From Hemiscyllium ocellatum (lineage: Eukaryota), in NCBI RefSeq assembly GCF_020745735.1, contig NC_083408.1, positions 5,717,131 to 5,781,130 on the forward strand: a stretch of 64,000 nt of DNA, written 5' to 3'. The position numbers and the translations under genes are program-made. The notes under the pieces are model-generated. The model was given only the letters and a program-made list of their open reading frames with translations. It made no database searches and was not told the DNA's origin. Positions within the stretch are counted from its first letter, which is position 1. Each line of letters opens with the position of its first letter. Of this stretch, positions 38,887 through 51,662 are shown in pieces.

Positions 38887-39629
38887 CTGTGGTAATGCAT
38901 TTTGAACGGAATATATTTATCATTAAAAGATGGAAGCATTCAACTAGGATAATAGAAATCCATGGAGACTGACATTAATCACAGTCGCTGAACAAACAGG
39001 TTCAGTTAACTCCTTCCCAGCATCACGTTTCTACCTCAACAAAGGGGAACATTTGATCAGTCTCGATGGAATGGATGAAAGTTACCGAGAGATGAACTAG
39101 CAACATTTTTCATGTTTCTCCTTGAATATGGCGGTAGTGGCAGAACATTGGAAGGTTGTAAATGTTCCTCGAGTTTATATAAAGAGACAGAGGTAATATA
39201 ACGACCAGCTGCATATAATGACTTTTGTGGAAGTCCCCAGATACTTTAACCAGACTTTGTGTAATACTGCTCCTAGGTTTGAATGCACTGTTATAAAATC
39301 TTTTCTTAATCTTGAGGCATCATTCAGAGCATTGAAGTGCCTGATCAGAAAAAGGAAAAAAAGCAAATCTGTTCGTATGTGCCTCTTCGAGATTGGAGGT
39401 GGCCATTTAATGCTGACAAGCGTATTTGGACTAGTAAAGTTGGGAAAATGGCCTATTCGCAAATTTTGCAATATAAATCACGCAAAATAAGAGAAGTGTT
39501 ACTGCAGCTGCACGAATTGTTGCTGAGACGGCATTTTTTTAATGTTTGTGTAATGTGCTGCAAAGGACCCCCGTTAGAAACAGTTTAATGACTACTCATT
39601 ATGCACAGGTTACCTTTTGTGAAATGTGT

Positions 39630-39810
39630 TGAACCTGTTACAGAATAACAGGGGACGGATATTCAGGCGCTAGAGTAGCTTACCGAGGGCCGGCAGAAGA
39701 CCATCGGCCTCTCAGGCTTGTTACAGAAAGACAGGAGTTGGCCATGCAATCTCTCCAGTCTGTTACATAGGAACAGCAGGAAACCATTCAGCTCTTTTAT
39801 CCTGTTAGGT
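39630..39810. repeat. Second short array of the same ~42-bp unit
   Basis: About 4 units with TGTTAC...ACAGGAG...CCAT(T)CAG. Confidence 0.55.
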
Positions 39811-39899
39811 GAGTCCGTTCAAACTTTTGAATGAGTTTTGCGGGAATCATTAGTTGTAATATAATTATGGAAAAGCCTGCCACAAGCGTTAGAATGCTG

Positions 39900-42600
39900 A
39901 AATAGATTGATGCCAACTCTGAAACTGTTAGGCAAACACATTAACAGTCTGATTAGGAAACGCTATTCATACGTAAAGGGATGGTTGGAAAATGAAAAGC
40001 TTTCAAAAATTGAATTAAGACAGCCCAGAACATATGCGTTCATATTAGTGAGACCGGCAAGTCTGGTAGGTTCAGGGAGTACTGGATGAGGAGCGATATT
40101 GAAGCTCCGGTCAAGGAAAAGGAAAGTGGTATGTGGAAGCTGAAAATCTTGGATCAAGTGAATGTCTAACAGAGCATAAAGGCACAAAGTAGTATAATCA
40201 AGATGGAAATCTGGGTGGAAAAAAGGAGGCATGAGATGACTTTTGAAAAATGGTTAGCAAGACTTTTGAAGAAATTCAAAATATCAATTACTGGCAAAAT
40301 AATAGCTAGGGAGAGAATAGGCCACCTTAAAGATCAACCAGCCTTTGCATGTATTAAACTTCAGGAAATGGGTGAGATACTACAAGAATATTCCGACTCA
40401 GTAAAATGTTTGGCGAAGGTTCCAATAGCGGGAGATCTTGGGGAAATATACAGTGACATCTTTTAAATTATGTAAACTTCAAGAAGAAATACTGGACATC
40501 TTAACATGCATAAACGTGCATAAATCCCTGGGACATTACTATTTGTACCTCAGAACTTTGTGGGAAGCTAACGAAGTTGTTGGTCAGGCTTTTATTGATA
40601 TATTTGTATCACCGAATGTGATAAGTGACGTGCCAATAAAAATGGAGGATGGTTCATGTAGTGCCATTATTTAAGAAAGTAAGGAAAAATCAGGGAACTA
40701 TTTTGTGGATAGACTGGCGTCAATGGTGGTTGCAGTGCTGAATGTGATTCTGAGGAAAAGAATTTAGATGTATTTGGAATAATAAGGACAGAAGAGAGCA
40801 TTATACAAAGGAAACCGTGGCTCACTAACTTGAGAGATGTTTATTGAAGAAATTAAGAAGAAGATTGATGAGGCCAGAGCAGTGAATATTGTCTTTATTG
40901 AAATTAGCAAAACATCCGAAAATGTTCCGAATACTAACTGGCTACCAAAGTAAAATTGCCTGGAATGCAGGGAGACATAGCCACTTGAATACAAAATTCA
41001 TATAAGGTTGGAGTCAGAGCGTGGCAGAGAAAGTTTCTTTTCGGATTGGAGGTCAGGGATAATGGGCTCACTGCAAAGATCAGTTGTGAGTGACTGCCAT
41101 TTGTCACCGTTCTAAATTATTATGATTTGAAAATACACGGCACGTTTAGTAAGTTTGTAGATAATTTCAGAATTGTGGTGTGGTCGACAATGGAGAAGAT
41201 GATCTCAGATCACAATGGGATCTTGAGATGAGAGGTGGTAGATAGAGTTTATTTTGGCATAATGTAATTTCTGCAGTTTGACAAGATAAATCAGGGCAAG
41301 ACTTATAGGTGGGGCCCTGTCGATTGTGGCCAAGCAAAGAGACCGTCATAGAAATTACAGAATACGTACAGGGTGGAAACAGGCCATTCAGCCCATCTAG
41401 TTTACACCGGCTCTCTTAAGAGCATTCCACCAGACACATCCTTACCCTACCCCTATGATCACACATGTCCCATGCTAATCCACGGAGCAAACCGGATCTT
41501 CATCGGGCAAACCCACACCCTAAAGGTATATGTAGTCCTTATGCATTTCTACATGGCATTTGATAAAGCTTCACATGGTCGGCTTCTCTGATAGTTTAGA
41601 TCGGATGTTTTCCTGTGAACTGGAAAATTGGATACACAGTTGGCTTGATGTTCAGAAGCAGAGTGTAATGAGAGAAGAATGCCTGGCGGAAAGGAAAACA
41701 GTGACGAGTGGAGTGCGACAGGTCTCAGTTCTCGCTCCATTTCTGCTTGTTATCTACATCAATAATTTGGATGCGAGTGTACAAGGCATGATTAGCAAGT
41801 TTGCAAATGATGCTAAAATAAGAGGTATTGGGAACAGTGAGTAGTGCCATCAGAAATTGCAGGCGGACCTTGATCAGCTGGGGATATGGGCTGAGAAATG
41901 GCAAATGAAGTTTATTATAAATGAGTATGAGGTCTTCTATTTTGGAAAGTCAAATCACGATAGGAGTGTCATGGTAAATGTTAAGACCTTAAGGAGTGTA
42001 GTGGAGCAGAGGGACCTTGGAGTCAGGTGCATTGTGCTCTGATAGTGGAATCGCTATCAGACAGGGCTGAGAAGAAGGCTTTTAGCACACCGACCTTCAT
42101 CAGTCAGAACATTAAATGTAAAATTTGGAAGTTCTTTTGCAATGGTACATATGTTAGTGGGGTCGCAATTGGAATATTAAGTTCAGTTTTGGAAATCTTG
42201 CATTCGTCAGGATGTTATTAAACTGGAAAGAGTGCAGAAGAAATGCTCACTGGTATCAAGGATTTAAATTATAGAGAGAGGTTGGACAAGTGAGGATACC
42301 TTTCATTGGAATATACCAAACTGAGGGGGAATGTTGTAAAAATGTAAATTATCAGTTTAAGGGTAGGCAACTTTTAACACAGAGGGTGCTATCTACATGG
42401 AATGAGTTGCCAGCACATGAGGTTGCAGCGGGTACGTGAAATATATTTAAAATGAATTTGAACACAACAAATGGTGATGAAAGATTTAGGAGGATATGGG
42501 CCAAGTGCAGGCAAGTGTGCAGAGCGTGGATGGACGTGTTGGACAGCAGGGAAAAGTTTGGCCGACGGACCTGTCACCATGCTATCGGACTGTATGACTC
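39900..42600 (+). mobile_element. Two successive CR1 ORF2 fragments separated by a SINE tail (about 41350-41520)
   Basis: KSLGHYYLYLRTLWEA; AFDKASHGRLL; SGVRQVSVLAPFLLVIYINNLD...KFANDAK; DLDQLGIWAEKWQMKF. Confidence 0.78.
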
Positions 42601-43465
42601 GAAATATGAGGGGATTGGGATACATACAGAGGGGAGAGATTGAAAGATAGCGTCATGGAAGGGTGTATCCACAGATTACAGAATGCTGAAATGAAGGCAT
42701 TTCTGTAGTATCCTGTAACACGAGTTCAGGAATGAAGGGTGAACGGGATATTGATTTGACTTCAGATGCTGGATGAGCATTTATTCTGCAGCTTTGTAAC
42801 TGGGAGTGAGGTCAGCAGAGTCTTTGAATCGTTGAGGTGAATCTAACAATAATTTGTCTCAATATCGTGCTCATTGAGTGTGACAGGGGATTCATCAGCT
42901 CGAGGCCGAGCTCGTTTCCTGGGGCTATCTGATCGAACTCAGCTGACTAAACACCTATCCCTCTCCATGGTGTCCCTCTCATTCAATGCCAGCCCGATTC
43001 TCCCAACCATCATGGCATGATATACTCACCATCGCCGGGATGTTTCTGGATATTCCGTGATCACTGGCACTTTTCCCATTCTTAAAAGATCAGTGGGCAC
43101 ACGTTTGAGCTTTCTCGGTTCAAAGCTGTCCAACACAGTTTACCCCATACACAACAGATAAGGGCAATTACATGACGATTTGTCGACAGTAGCATGGAAA
43201 CCTCCTGTATGGGTTAGTACAGATGACGAACATTCTTTTTCTTTTGAGAGAACACCACCGGACTCACCGAGCATGGTTTGTGCTTGACACTGCGATCAGT
43301 GCAGTATCTGCGGTGTCACAAAATATCAAGCAATGCAGGACAATCATCAATCACGTTTTATGCCTCAATCTGCTAGATGTTGATTGGGAACACTGGAGTA
43401 CGAGTACTATAGATGGGTCCGTTTTTGTCCAGTGTGTGCAGGAGGGCTTCCTGGCACAGTATGTA

Positions 43466-43607
43466 GATAGGAGAAAGTGAGGTCTGCAGGTGCTGGAGAT
43501 CAAAGCTGAAAATGAATTCCTGATGAAGGGCTTATGCCCGAAACGTCGAATTTCCTGTTCCTTGGATACTGCCTGACCTGCTGCGCTTTTCCAGAAACAC
43601 ACTTTCA
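43466..43607. mobile_element. Short Penelope-terminus-derived insertion with internal inversion, carrying the hammerhead
   Basis: Matches the terminus of the Penelope copy at 29695-30329. Flanked by direct repeat GCACAGTATGTA (43454-43465 and 43608-43619). Interrupts a CR1 endonuclease region. Confidence 0.8.
43515..43552 (+). ncRNA. Minimal type I hammerhead ribozyme motif, intact
   Basis: AAUUC-CUGAUGA-A-GGGC-UUAU-GCCC-GAAA-CGUC-GAAUU: 5-bp stem I, full catalytic core, 4-bp stem II, loopless palindromic stem III (ACGU). Predicted cleavage after C43547. Confidence 0.8.
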
Positions 43608-46600
43608 GCACAGTATGTACACAGGCCAAAAAGGGCGAAGCCATATTAGATTTGGTTCTGGGTAATGAGCCCGGCCCGGTGTTAGACTTGGAATTAGATG
43701 AGAACTTTGGTGTTAGCGATCACAATTCTGTTACGTTTGCTTTAGTGATACACGTGGATAGGTGTTTCCCACTGGGGGAAAGGCAATGACGATGCCATTA
43801 GGCAAGATTTAGGAAGCATTAGATGTGGAAAGAAACTGCAGGGATAGACACGTTAGAAATGTGGAGCTTATTCAAAGAAAAAATACTGTGTGTCCTAGGG
43901 AAGTATGTATCTGACAGGCAGGGAGGAAGCTGTGCAGCGCGGTTGCCATAGTTTACCAATGAAATGGGATCTCTGGTCAAGAGGAAGAAGAAGGCTTACG
44001 TTAGGAGGAGATGTGAAGGTACATTTAGTACGATTGAGGGTAACAAGTTGACTAGGAAAGACTGAAAAAGAGAGCTCAGAAGAGCTAGGAGGAGACATGA
44101 GAAGTTTTTGGTGGATAGGATCAGGGTAGACCCTAAGGATGTCTATAGTTATTTAAGGAATACAAAAATGACGTGAATAAGACGAGGGGCAAACAAGGAT
44201 AGTAGTAGGAAGTTGTGTGTGGGGTCAGAGGAGATAGGGGAGGACTAAATGAATATTTTCAACAGCATTCACTCTTGAAAACGACAATGTTGTCCATGAG
44301 ATTACTGAGATCCAGGCAACCAGACTTAGTTTGATTGAGGTTCACAAGGAAGAGGTGTTAGAAATTCTGCACAGTGTTAAAATAGGTAAGTCCCCTTGGC
44401 CGGATGGTATGTATCCTAGGATCCTCTGGGAAGCCAGGGAGGAGATTGCCGAGCCTTTGGCATTGATCTTTAAATCGTCATTGTCTACAGGATTAGTGCC
44501 AGAAGAGTGGAGGACAACAACTGTTTTTCTCCTAATCAAGAAGGGGAGTAGAGACAATCTTGGTATTTACAGACCAGTGAGCCTCACTTCAGTTGTTGGT
44601 AAAGTGGTGGAAAAGCTTATAAAAGGTAGGATTTAAAATGATCTATGACAGAATAATTTGATTAAGGATAGTCAGCACGATTTTCTGAAGGGTAGGTCGT
44701 GCCTCACAAAGCTGATTGAATTCTTTGAGTAAGAGACCAAACAGGTAGATAAGTGTAAACCGGTTGATGTGGCGTATATGGATTTCAGCAAGGCGTTCGA
44801 AAAGGTTCCCCACAGTAGGCTATTGTACAAAATGCAGAGGAATGGGATTGTGGGAGATATAGCAGTTTGGATCAGTAATTGGCTTGCTGAAAGAAGACAG
44901 AGAGAGGTGGTTGATGGGAAATATTCATCCTGGAGTCCAGTTACGAATGGTGTACCGCAAGGGTCAGTGTTGAGTCCACTGCTCTTTTTCATTTTTATAA
45001 ACGACCTGGATGAGGGCGTAGTAAGGTGGGTTAGTAAGTTTGCAGACGACACTAAGATCGGTGGAGTTGCGGACAGTGACAAAGGAAGTTGTAGGTTACA
45101 GACAGACGTAGATAAGCTGCAGAGCTGGACTGAGAGGTGGAAAATGGAGTTTAATTCGGATAATTGTGAGGTGTTCACTTTTTTTCGCTAAAACAGGAAT
45201 GCAAACTACTGGGCTAATAGTAAGATTTTACGTAGTGTAGTTGAGCAGAGAGATATTGGTGTCCACGTACACAGATCTTTGAAAGTTGCCACCCAGGTTG
45301 ACAGGTTTGTTAAGAAGGTATACAGGGTTTTAACTTTTATCGATAAAGGGATCAAGTTTCGGAAACATGAGGTAATGCCACAGCTGTAAAAAGCTCTAGT
45401 GCAGTTGCACGTGGAGTACTGTGTGCAGTTCTGGTCACCGCATTATAAGAAGGATGTGCAAGTTTTGGAAAGGGTACAGAGGAGGTTTTCTGGAATGTTG
45501 CCTGTTATGTAGGGAAGGTCTTAAGAGGAAAGTCTGAGGGACTTGAGGCTGTTTTTGTTCGAGAGAAGAAGGTTGAGAGGTGACTTAATACAGACATGTA
45601 AGATAATCAGAGGGTTAGTTCGGTTGGACAGGGAGAGCCTTTTTCCAAGAATGGTGACGGCGAGCCCGACAGGGCATATCTTTAAATTGAGGGATGATAG
45701 ATTTGGGACAGATGTCTGATGTAGTTTCTTTACTCAGACAGTAGTAAGGGTGTGGAATGCTTTGCCTGCAACGGCAGTGGATTCGCCAGCTTTAAGTGCA
45801 GTTAAACCGTCCTTGAACAAGCATATGGACGTACATGGAATAGTGTCGGTTAGATGGAGTCCAGATTGGTATGACTGGTCGGCTCAACATCGAGGGCGGA
45901 AGGGCCTGTACTGCGCTGTAATGTTCTATATTCTATGCTTTATGTGCTCTTTGAAAATCCGTGTCACCGTATTCTTTCTTCCCTCACACTCACTATCCAT
46001 CTGTTAAAGCGCCTGCCCTGAACAAGTATTTTGCAAAACAATTCTCTCTCTCCCTCCCACTCCCCTCTCCCTCTTTCTCTCTCACTCATACACTTTTTTG
46101 CGTTTCAATGCAACACACGTTTATAGAATATTCGGGAGAGTGCCAATTCTGGACTGTTCCAGGTATTTTTGCAAATACTTCTCAGTTCCTGGAAAATGTC
46201 GGTCGTCTGTGTGTCATGAACAAGAGGAAGGAGCAGATTTGTATAATTTTCAATTCACATACAATTAAAATTCATACTGATGACATTCAGCACTTCTAAC
46301 ACTTTCCAGCATGTAACAGTATCAAGGCTTATCTGATGGAGTCCTGAGCTAATGTTACAGGAACTCTCAGTCATTCAACACCCTGGGCTCCTCTCATGGA
46401 CCAGATGATACTCAGACACTTTTTAAAAACAACTCCCGGTTTTCTTGAAGCTGATCTTTGCAAGGCATTTACCATGGGGATGGTTTCTCCGAACAATATA
46501 TTTCTTCTGCTTTATAATTTTATGCAGTTGTGAGGAGGCTTTACTCAGACCGACTAAAAATGTGCACCGATTTTCTGTTATTGACATCCAATAACATTTA

Positions 46601-49600
46601 TAATTTATGGTTATTTCGCAGGTCTCAATTTATTGAATTCAGCCAAAGACAGCATCTAAATGCTTGTCTCTTTATAAAATACTGTTTTAACATTGCACGT
46701 TTTTAACTGACGCCCTTACATTGAACATAATCTGAATTGTAAATTAATCCTTATAATTAAAGTTTCTGTTATTTGCTGTCTGTGTCTCTTCCTGTCTCTG
46801 ACACTTCCATAATCTCCAACGTAGTTGGCCGGACGGCTGATTTGTGATACAGAGGGAGGACAACAGCACAGGTTCAATTTCCCACACGACAGAGGTTCCC
46901 ATGAATGGCCCGCTTTTTCAACCTCACCCTTCAGCAGATGTGTGGCGAACCTCAAATTAAGCCACAATGCTTCTTCCATCTCTAATGAGAGAGGGAGTTA
47001 TATTCTTTAGGGCGCTATTTGTATCAATGTTAGCAATTTAAAATTTTATCTAAATTGTTCTTCCATTTTGTGTTATTTTCATAGATGATCTGGAACAGAG
47101 TCAGCGTTCCCTCATGGTGCACATTACTACCCATTCCCTGATAATCCTTGAATCAATTGCGATCTATTAAAATTGCTATCTTTGCCTCAAAAATGTTCAA
47201 TGCTTCTATGTCAATGCTTTGCGGATAAGAGAGTTCCAACTACTCACAACAAGACAAGAAAACAAAAATAAACCTCATATTATGTCAAATTATTTTTTGT
47301 CTCCTTACCTGAGAAATGATACAATTATCCTGGAATCTGTTCGGAGATGTTTCAAATCACGTATTCCTAGGATGAAGGGCATATATTGCAGAGGCTTTAG
47401 CAGGTTAGCCTTGGAATGAGAAGAGATTTATTGATACATACAAGATATTGGGGAGAGTGGATCGGGTAGCGATCCATTGGGTGATTATTGTAGTCCTAAC
47501 TTGTTGCAATAATCATGGAATCTCTAAAGCGTGGAAGTAGGACATTCCACTCATCGAGTGAACATCGACCCACTCAATAGGACCCCACCCAGACATGTCC
47601 ACCTACCTTACCCATCTAACTCTGTTTTTCCCGTGACTAACACAGATAATCGACGCATCTTTGAGCACTATGGACAATTTAGCATGCTAATCGACTCGAC
47701 GTTGTTCAGCTTTGGATTGCGGGAGGAACAGAGAATATAGAACATTGCAGCACAGTACAGTCCCTTCAGTCCTCGATGTTGGGCTGATCTGCGGAACCAA
47801 TCTGAAACCCATTGAATCGGCACTATTCCAATCTCGAACATATGCCTATCCAATGAACACTTAAATACCCTTAAAATTGACAGTCTACTACTGCTCCAGA
47901 TAATGCGTTCCATGCCCTTACTCCTCACTGAGAAAGGAACATAACTCTCAGATCGATCATATATAAATCACCCGTCAATTTAAGGCTGCGTTCCCTCGTA
48001 CTATCCATCGTCATCCGTGGAAAATCGTTGTCACTCTGCAACACATCTAACCTTCTGATTATCTTAAATCTCTCAATTTAGTCACTGCTGAACCTTCTTC
48101 TCTCTCAGGAAAACAGTCTGAAGTTCATCAGCCATCCTTCATAAGACCTTCCCTCCATGCCAGGAAATTTATTTGTAAATCTCCTCTGAACCTTTTCCAA
48201 AGCTTTGACATTTTTCCTGTAATGCAAAGACTGGAATGCATGCAATCCTCCAAATGTGGCCACACCAGAGTTTTGTATAGTTGCAGTATGATCTCATGTT
48301 TCCAAAATTCAATCCTTGTCCTAATAACAGCTGACTCACCGTATGTCTTCTTAAAAAAGCTATTAACTTTGGTGGCAAATTTCAAGGAACTTATGTACCT
48401 GGACACCGAGATCTATCTGCTCATCTACACTACCAATAGTCTTACCATTAGCTCTGTACTCTGCATTCCTGTTGCACCTTTCAAAGTGAATCACCTCACA
48501 TTTTTCCGCATTCAGTTCCATTTGCCGTCTATCAGTCCAGCTCTGTAGCTTGTCTATGTCTCTCTGAAACCTACAAATTGATTCCTCGCTACCTACAAAT
48601 CTACGGACCTGAGTTTCATCCGAGAATTTTCGAAACTGTTCGCGCAGCACCCCGATCGTAAATGAACTCCAGGGTGAATATTTCACAGCAACCACCACCA
48701 TCTGTATTATTTCAGCTGACCAATTTCTGATTCAAACGGCTGAATCGCTCTCAATCCCATGCCTCCATATTTTGTGAAATAACCGACTATGGGGAACGTT
48801 ATCAGACCCCTTACTGAAATGCAAATCAATTAGATCAGCTTCTTTGCGCTCATCCACTGGTTTGCTCATCTTCTCAAAGAACCCAATAAGGTTTGTGAGG
48901 TACGATTTACTCTTCGCAAAACCGTGTTGACTATCCCTAGTGAATTCACTTATTTCTAGATGATTTTAAATCTTACGTCTTATTCGCCTTTCCAACACTT
49001 TACTCGCAACAGAATGCAGGCACAGAGTTCTACAATTTTCACGGCTACCTCTACTTACATTCTTGAACAAGGGAACAACATTTGCTGTCCACCAGTCTTC
49101 TGGTACTATTCCTGTTCGCAATGACAAAAAATAACAAAGACAAAGGCTCGACAATCTCCTCCATGATTTCCCAGATAATTCTAGGATAAATCCCATCTTG
49201 TCTAGGGGACTTATGTACTTTATCACTTTCCAGAATTGCTACCACTTCGTCCTTATGCATCTCAATCACATATAGTGGATTGGTCTGAATCGCAGTATTC
49301 ACCTCGATTTGATTATCATTTTCTCGTGTGAAAACTGACGGAAAGTATTCAATTCGCACTTACCCTATCTCTTCTATCTCCACTCACATCTTCCCATGAT
49401 TATTGCCGCTAATTTACATTTCGTCACTCTTTTATTCCTGATACAACAAGAGAAAGCCTTAGGATTTTCCGTGATTAAATCTTCCAAAAACCTCTCATGT
49501 GCCATCTTTTCTTTACTTAGCTCGCTCTTAATGCGTTTCCTGGCGAAGTTGATAACTGTCAAGCGCCAGAACTGAGCTTTCATAACTCACCCTAGCAAAA

Positions 49601-50220
49601 TCATTCTTCCTCCTCTTGACAAGAGATTTAATTTCATTAGTAAATCGTTTCTGCCGCGCTGAAGAGCTTACTCCCTGTCGGACTGGTACATACATATCAA
49701 GGACTGGCAGAAGCTGGTCCATGAATAAGCTTCACATTTCAACTGTGCCCATGCCCTGTAGTCTCCTTGCATCTCCCATGTCCTCTAAAGCTTGCCAAAT
49801 GGCATCGCAATTTGCCTTCCCGCAGATAAATCTTCTGCCCTGCAGTACATACCTCTCCCTTTCAGTCACTAAAGTAAACATAACTGAATTGTGGTCACTA
49901 TCACCAAAGGCTCCTCTACCAGTAAATCTAATATCTGGCCGGTATCAATGCCCTTTACCAAATCTAATGTGACCCCGGCCCTTGTTGGCCTCTCCACATA
50001 TTGTGTCATGAAACCCTCCTGCACACATTGAACAAAAACTGAACCATCTAAGATTCTTGACCTATTATATTCCAATCTTTTCCATCTTTGGAACAATTTG
50101 GCAGCCGATAGAAATATGGTAAGCAATACTTTCCTGTTTCTTATCTCAAAGTATACTGCTTCAGTAGATGTGTCCTCAAATGTCCTTTCTGCAAATATAA
50201 TACTGTCCTTGACTAATCGA

Positions 50221-50402
50221 GTAAAAAGTCAGGTCCGCAGATGCTGGAGATCAGAGCTGAAAATGTTTTGCTGGTTAAAGCACAGCAGGTTAGGGAGCAT
50301 CCAAGGAACAGGAAATTCGACGTTTCGGGCCAGAGCCTGATGAAGGGCTCTGGCCCGAAACGTCGAATTTCCTGTTCCTTGGATGCTGCCTAACCTGCTG
50401 TG
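50221..50402. mobile_element. Palindromic Penelope-terminus-derived insertion with hammerhead core
   Basis: Perfect 14-bp TSD CCTTGACTAATCGA (50207-50220, 50403-50416). Inverted arms 50280-50337 and 50346-50403. CTGATGA-A-GGGC-TCTG-GCCC-GAAA-CGTC at 50337-50364. Confidence 0.85.
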
Positions 50403-50944
50403 CCTTGACTAATCGATTCACACCACCCCCTATTCTACCAGTTTTCTCTCTTCTTACTGAAACATGTAAATCCCGGAACCTGCAATAACTATTTCTGTTC
50501 CTGCATTACCCATGTCTCTGTAATGGCCAAAACATCAAATCCCACTCGCAACCCATTCTGCAAGTGCAACAACCTTAATCCGGATGCGCCTGACGTTGAA
50601 GCCGACACACTTCAAACCAATGTGTTGCTTGCTGGTTCCTTCTTGGGATCCTGAAATCTTAGTTCTGACATCACTGCAGTCAACCTCCCGGACGCCCAAA
50701 CTACATTTAGAGTTGCCATCCTTCCGCTGACTTAGTTTAAACTCACCAGAAGCGCATGAGCAATTTCTGACCCACCCCCACCCCCAGGTCAGGATTTTGG
50801 TATCCCACTGGTTCAGGTGAAAAACTGATTGGAGATGTCTCGCTTACTCCACAATAAGCACCAATCATCCAGGAATCCAAAACTTTCCGTCATGCACCAC
50901 CTCTATACCAATATGTTAAACTCATCTCTCTCTCTCTTCTTAAA

Positions 50945-51662
50945 TTATATTCCCTACCGTACAGAAGCAGGCCCCTTGGCACTACAAGTTAACGCCGACA
51001 CTCCGAAGAATAATCCAACCAGACCCATTTCCCTCTGACGAATGCACCTCACACTAAGGGAAATTTAGCATGGCCAATTCAACTGACCTACACATCATTA
51101 GACTGTGGGCGGAAACCGTAGGATATGGAGTAAGCCCACGAGACTTTGGGAGAATGTGCTAACTGCACAAAAGACAGTCGCCAGAGGCGGGAATCGAACC
51201 TGGGACCCAACAGAGCTGCAAACCTCCATATCCAGAAAACTGACAAACACTGAACAAATACTTAACTACACCAGCAACCATCCCAACACAAACAAACGAA
51301 GCTGTATCAGAACAATATTCCAAGGAGCCACATCACACTGCAGCACAGACGAACTTCGGAAAACAGAGGAGGACCACATATACAACGTATTCAAGATGTT
51401 CAGGTACTCAAAAAATACCGTCAGCAGAGTTTTCCAGAATAAACGACGACAAGCAGACCATACACAGCCAGAAACCCTCACCACCTCACTATATATCAAA
51501 GAAGTTTCAGAAATCACAGCCAGACTACTAAGACCCCTCAGAATCGGAGTAGCACACAAACCCACCAACACTCTCAAACAAAATCTAACGAACGTAAAAG
51601 ACCCAGTAAATCCCATGGAAAAAATTAATGTCGTCTACAAAACTAACTACTGAGCCACCGTG
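50945..51662 (-). mobile_element. V-SINE/HE1-like SINE split by the Penelope fragment
   Basis: Head GCACGGTGGCTCAGTAGTT at about 51644-51662; B-box, body and tail at 50945-51210. Confidence 0.7.
51210..51642 (+). mobile_element. Penelope-like element internal fragment (RT C-terminus/linker to GIY-YIG start)
   Basis: RKLTNTEQILNYTSNHP...KRSCIRTIF...HCS...YIKEVSE...AHKPTNTLKQNLTNVKDP...NVVYK, typical of PLE ORFs. Confidence 0.8.

Larger units (their letters stand above)
43375..45945 (+). mobile_element. 5'-truncated CR1 LINE (ORF2)
   Basis: GKSPWPDGMYPRIL, YRPVSLTSVVGK, DFSKAFEKVPH, GVPQGSVLSPLLF, FADDTK; 3' end GGCCTGTACTGCGCTGTAATGTTCTATATTCTATG. Confidence 0.93.

Noticed and set aside
38601-38939. 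112-aa minus-strand ORF overlapping exon 1
   Set aside because: It would not splice in frame to exon 2; the other frame supplies the conserved YYPILAIVGFP TM1 start.
44331-45191. RT ORFs as an active reverse transcriptase gene
   Set aside because: Broken by stops and frameshifts; the element is 5'-truncated.
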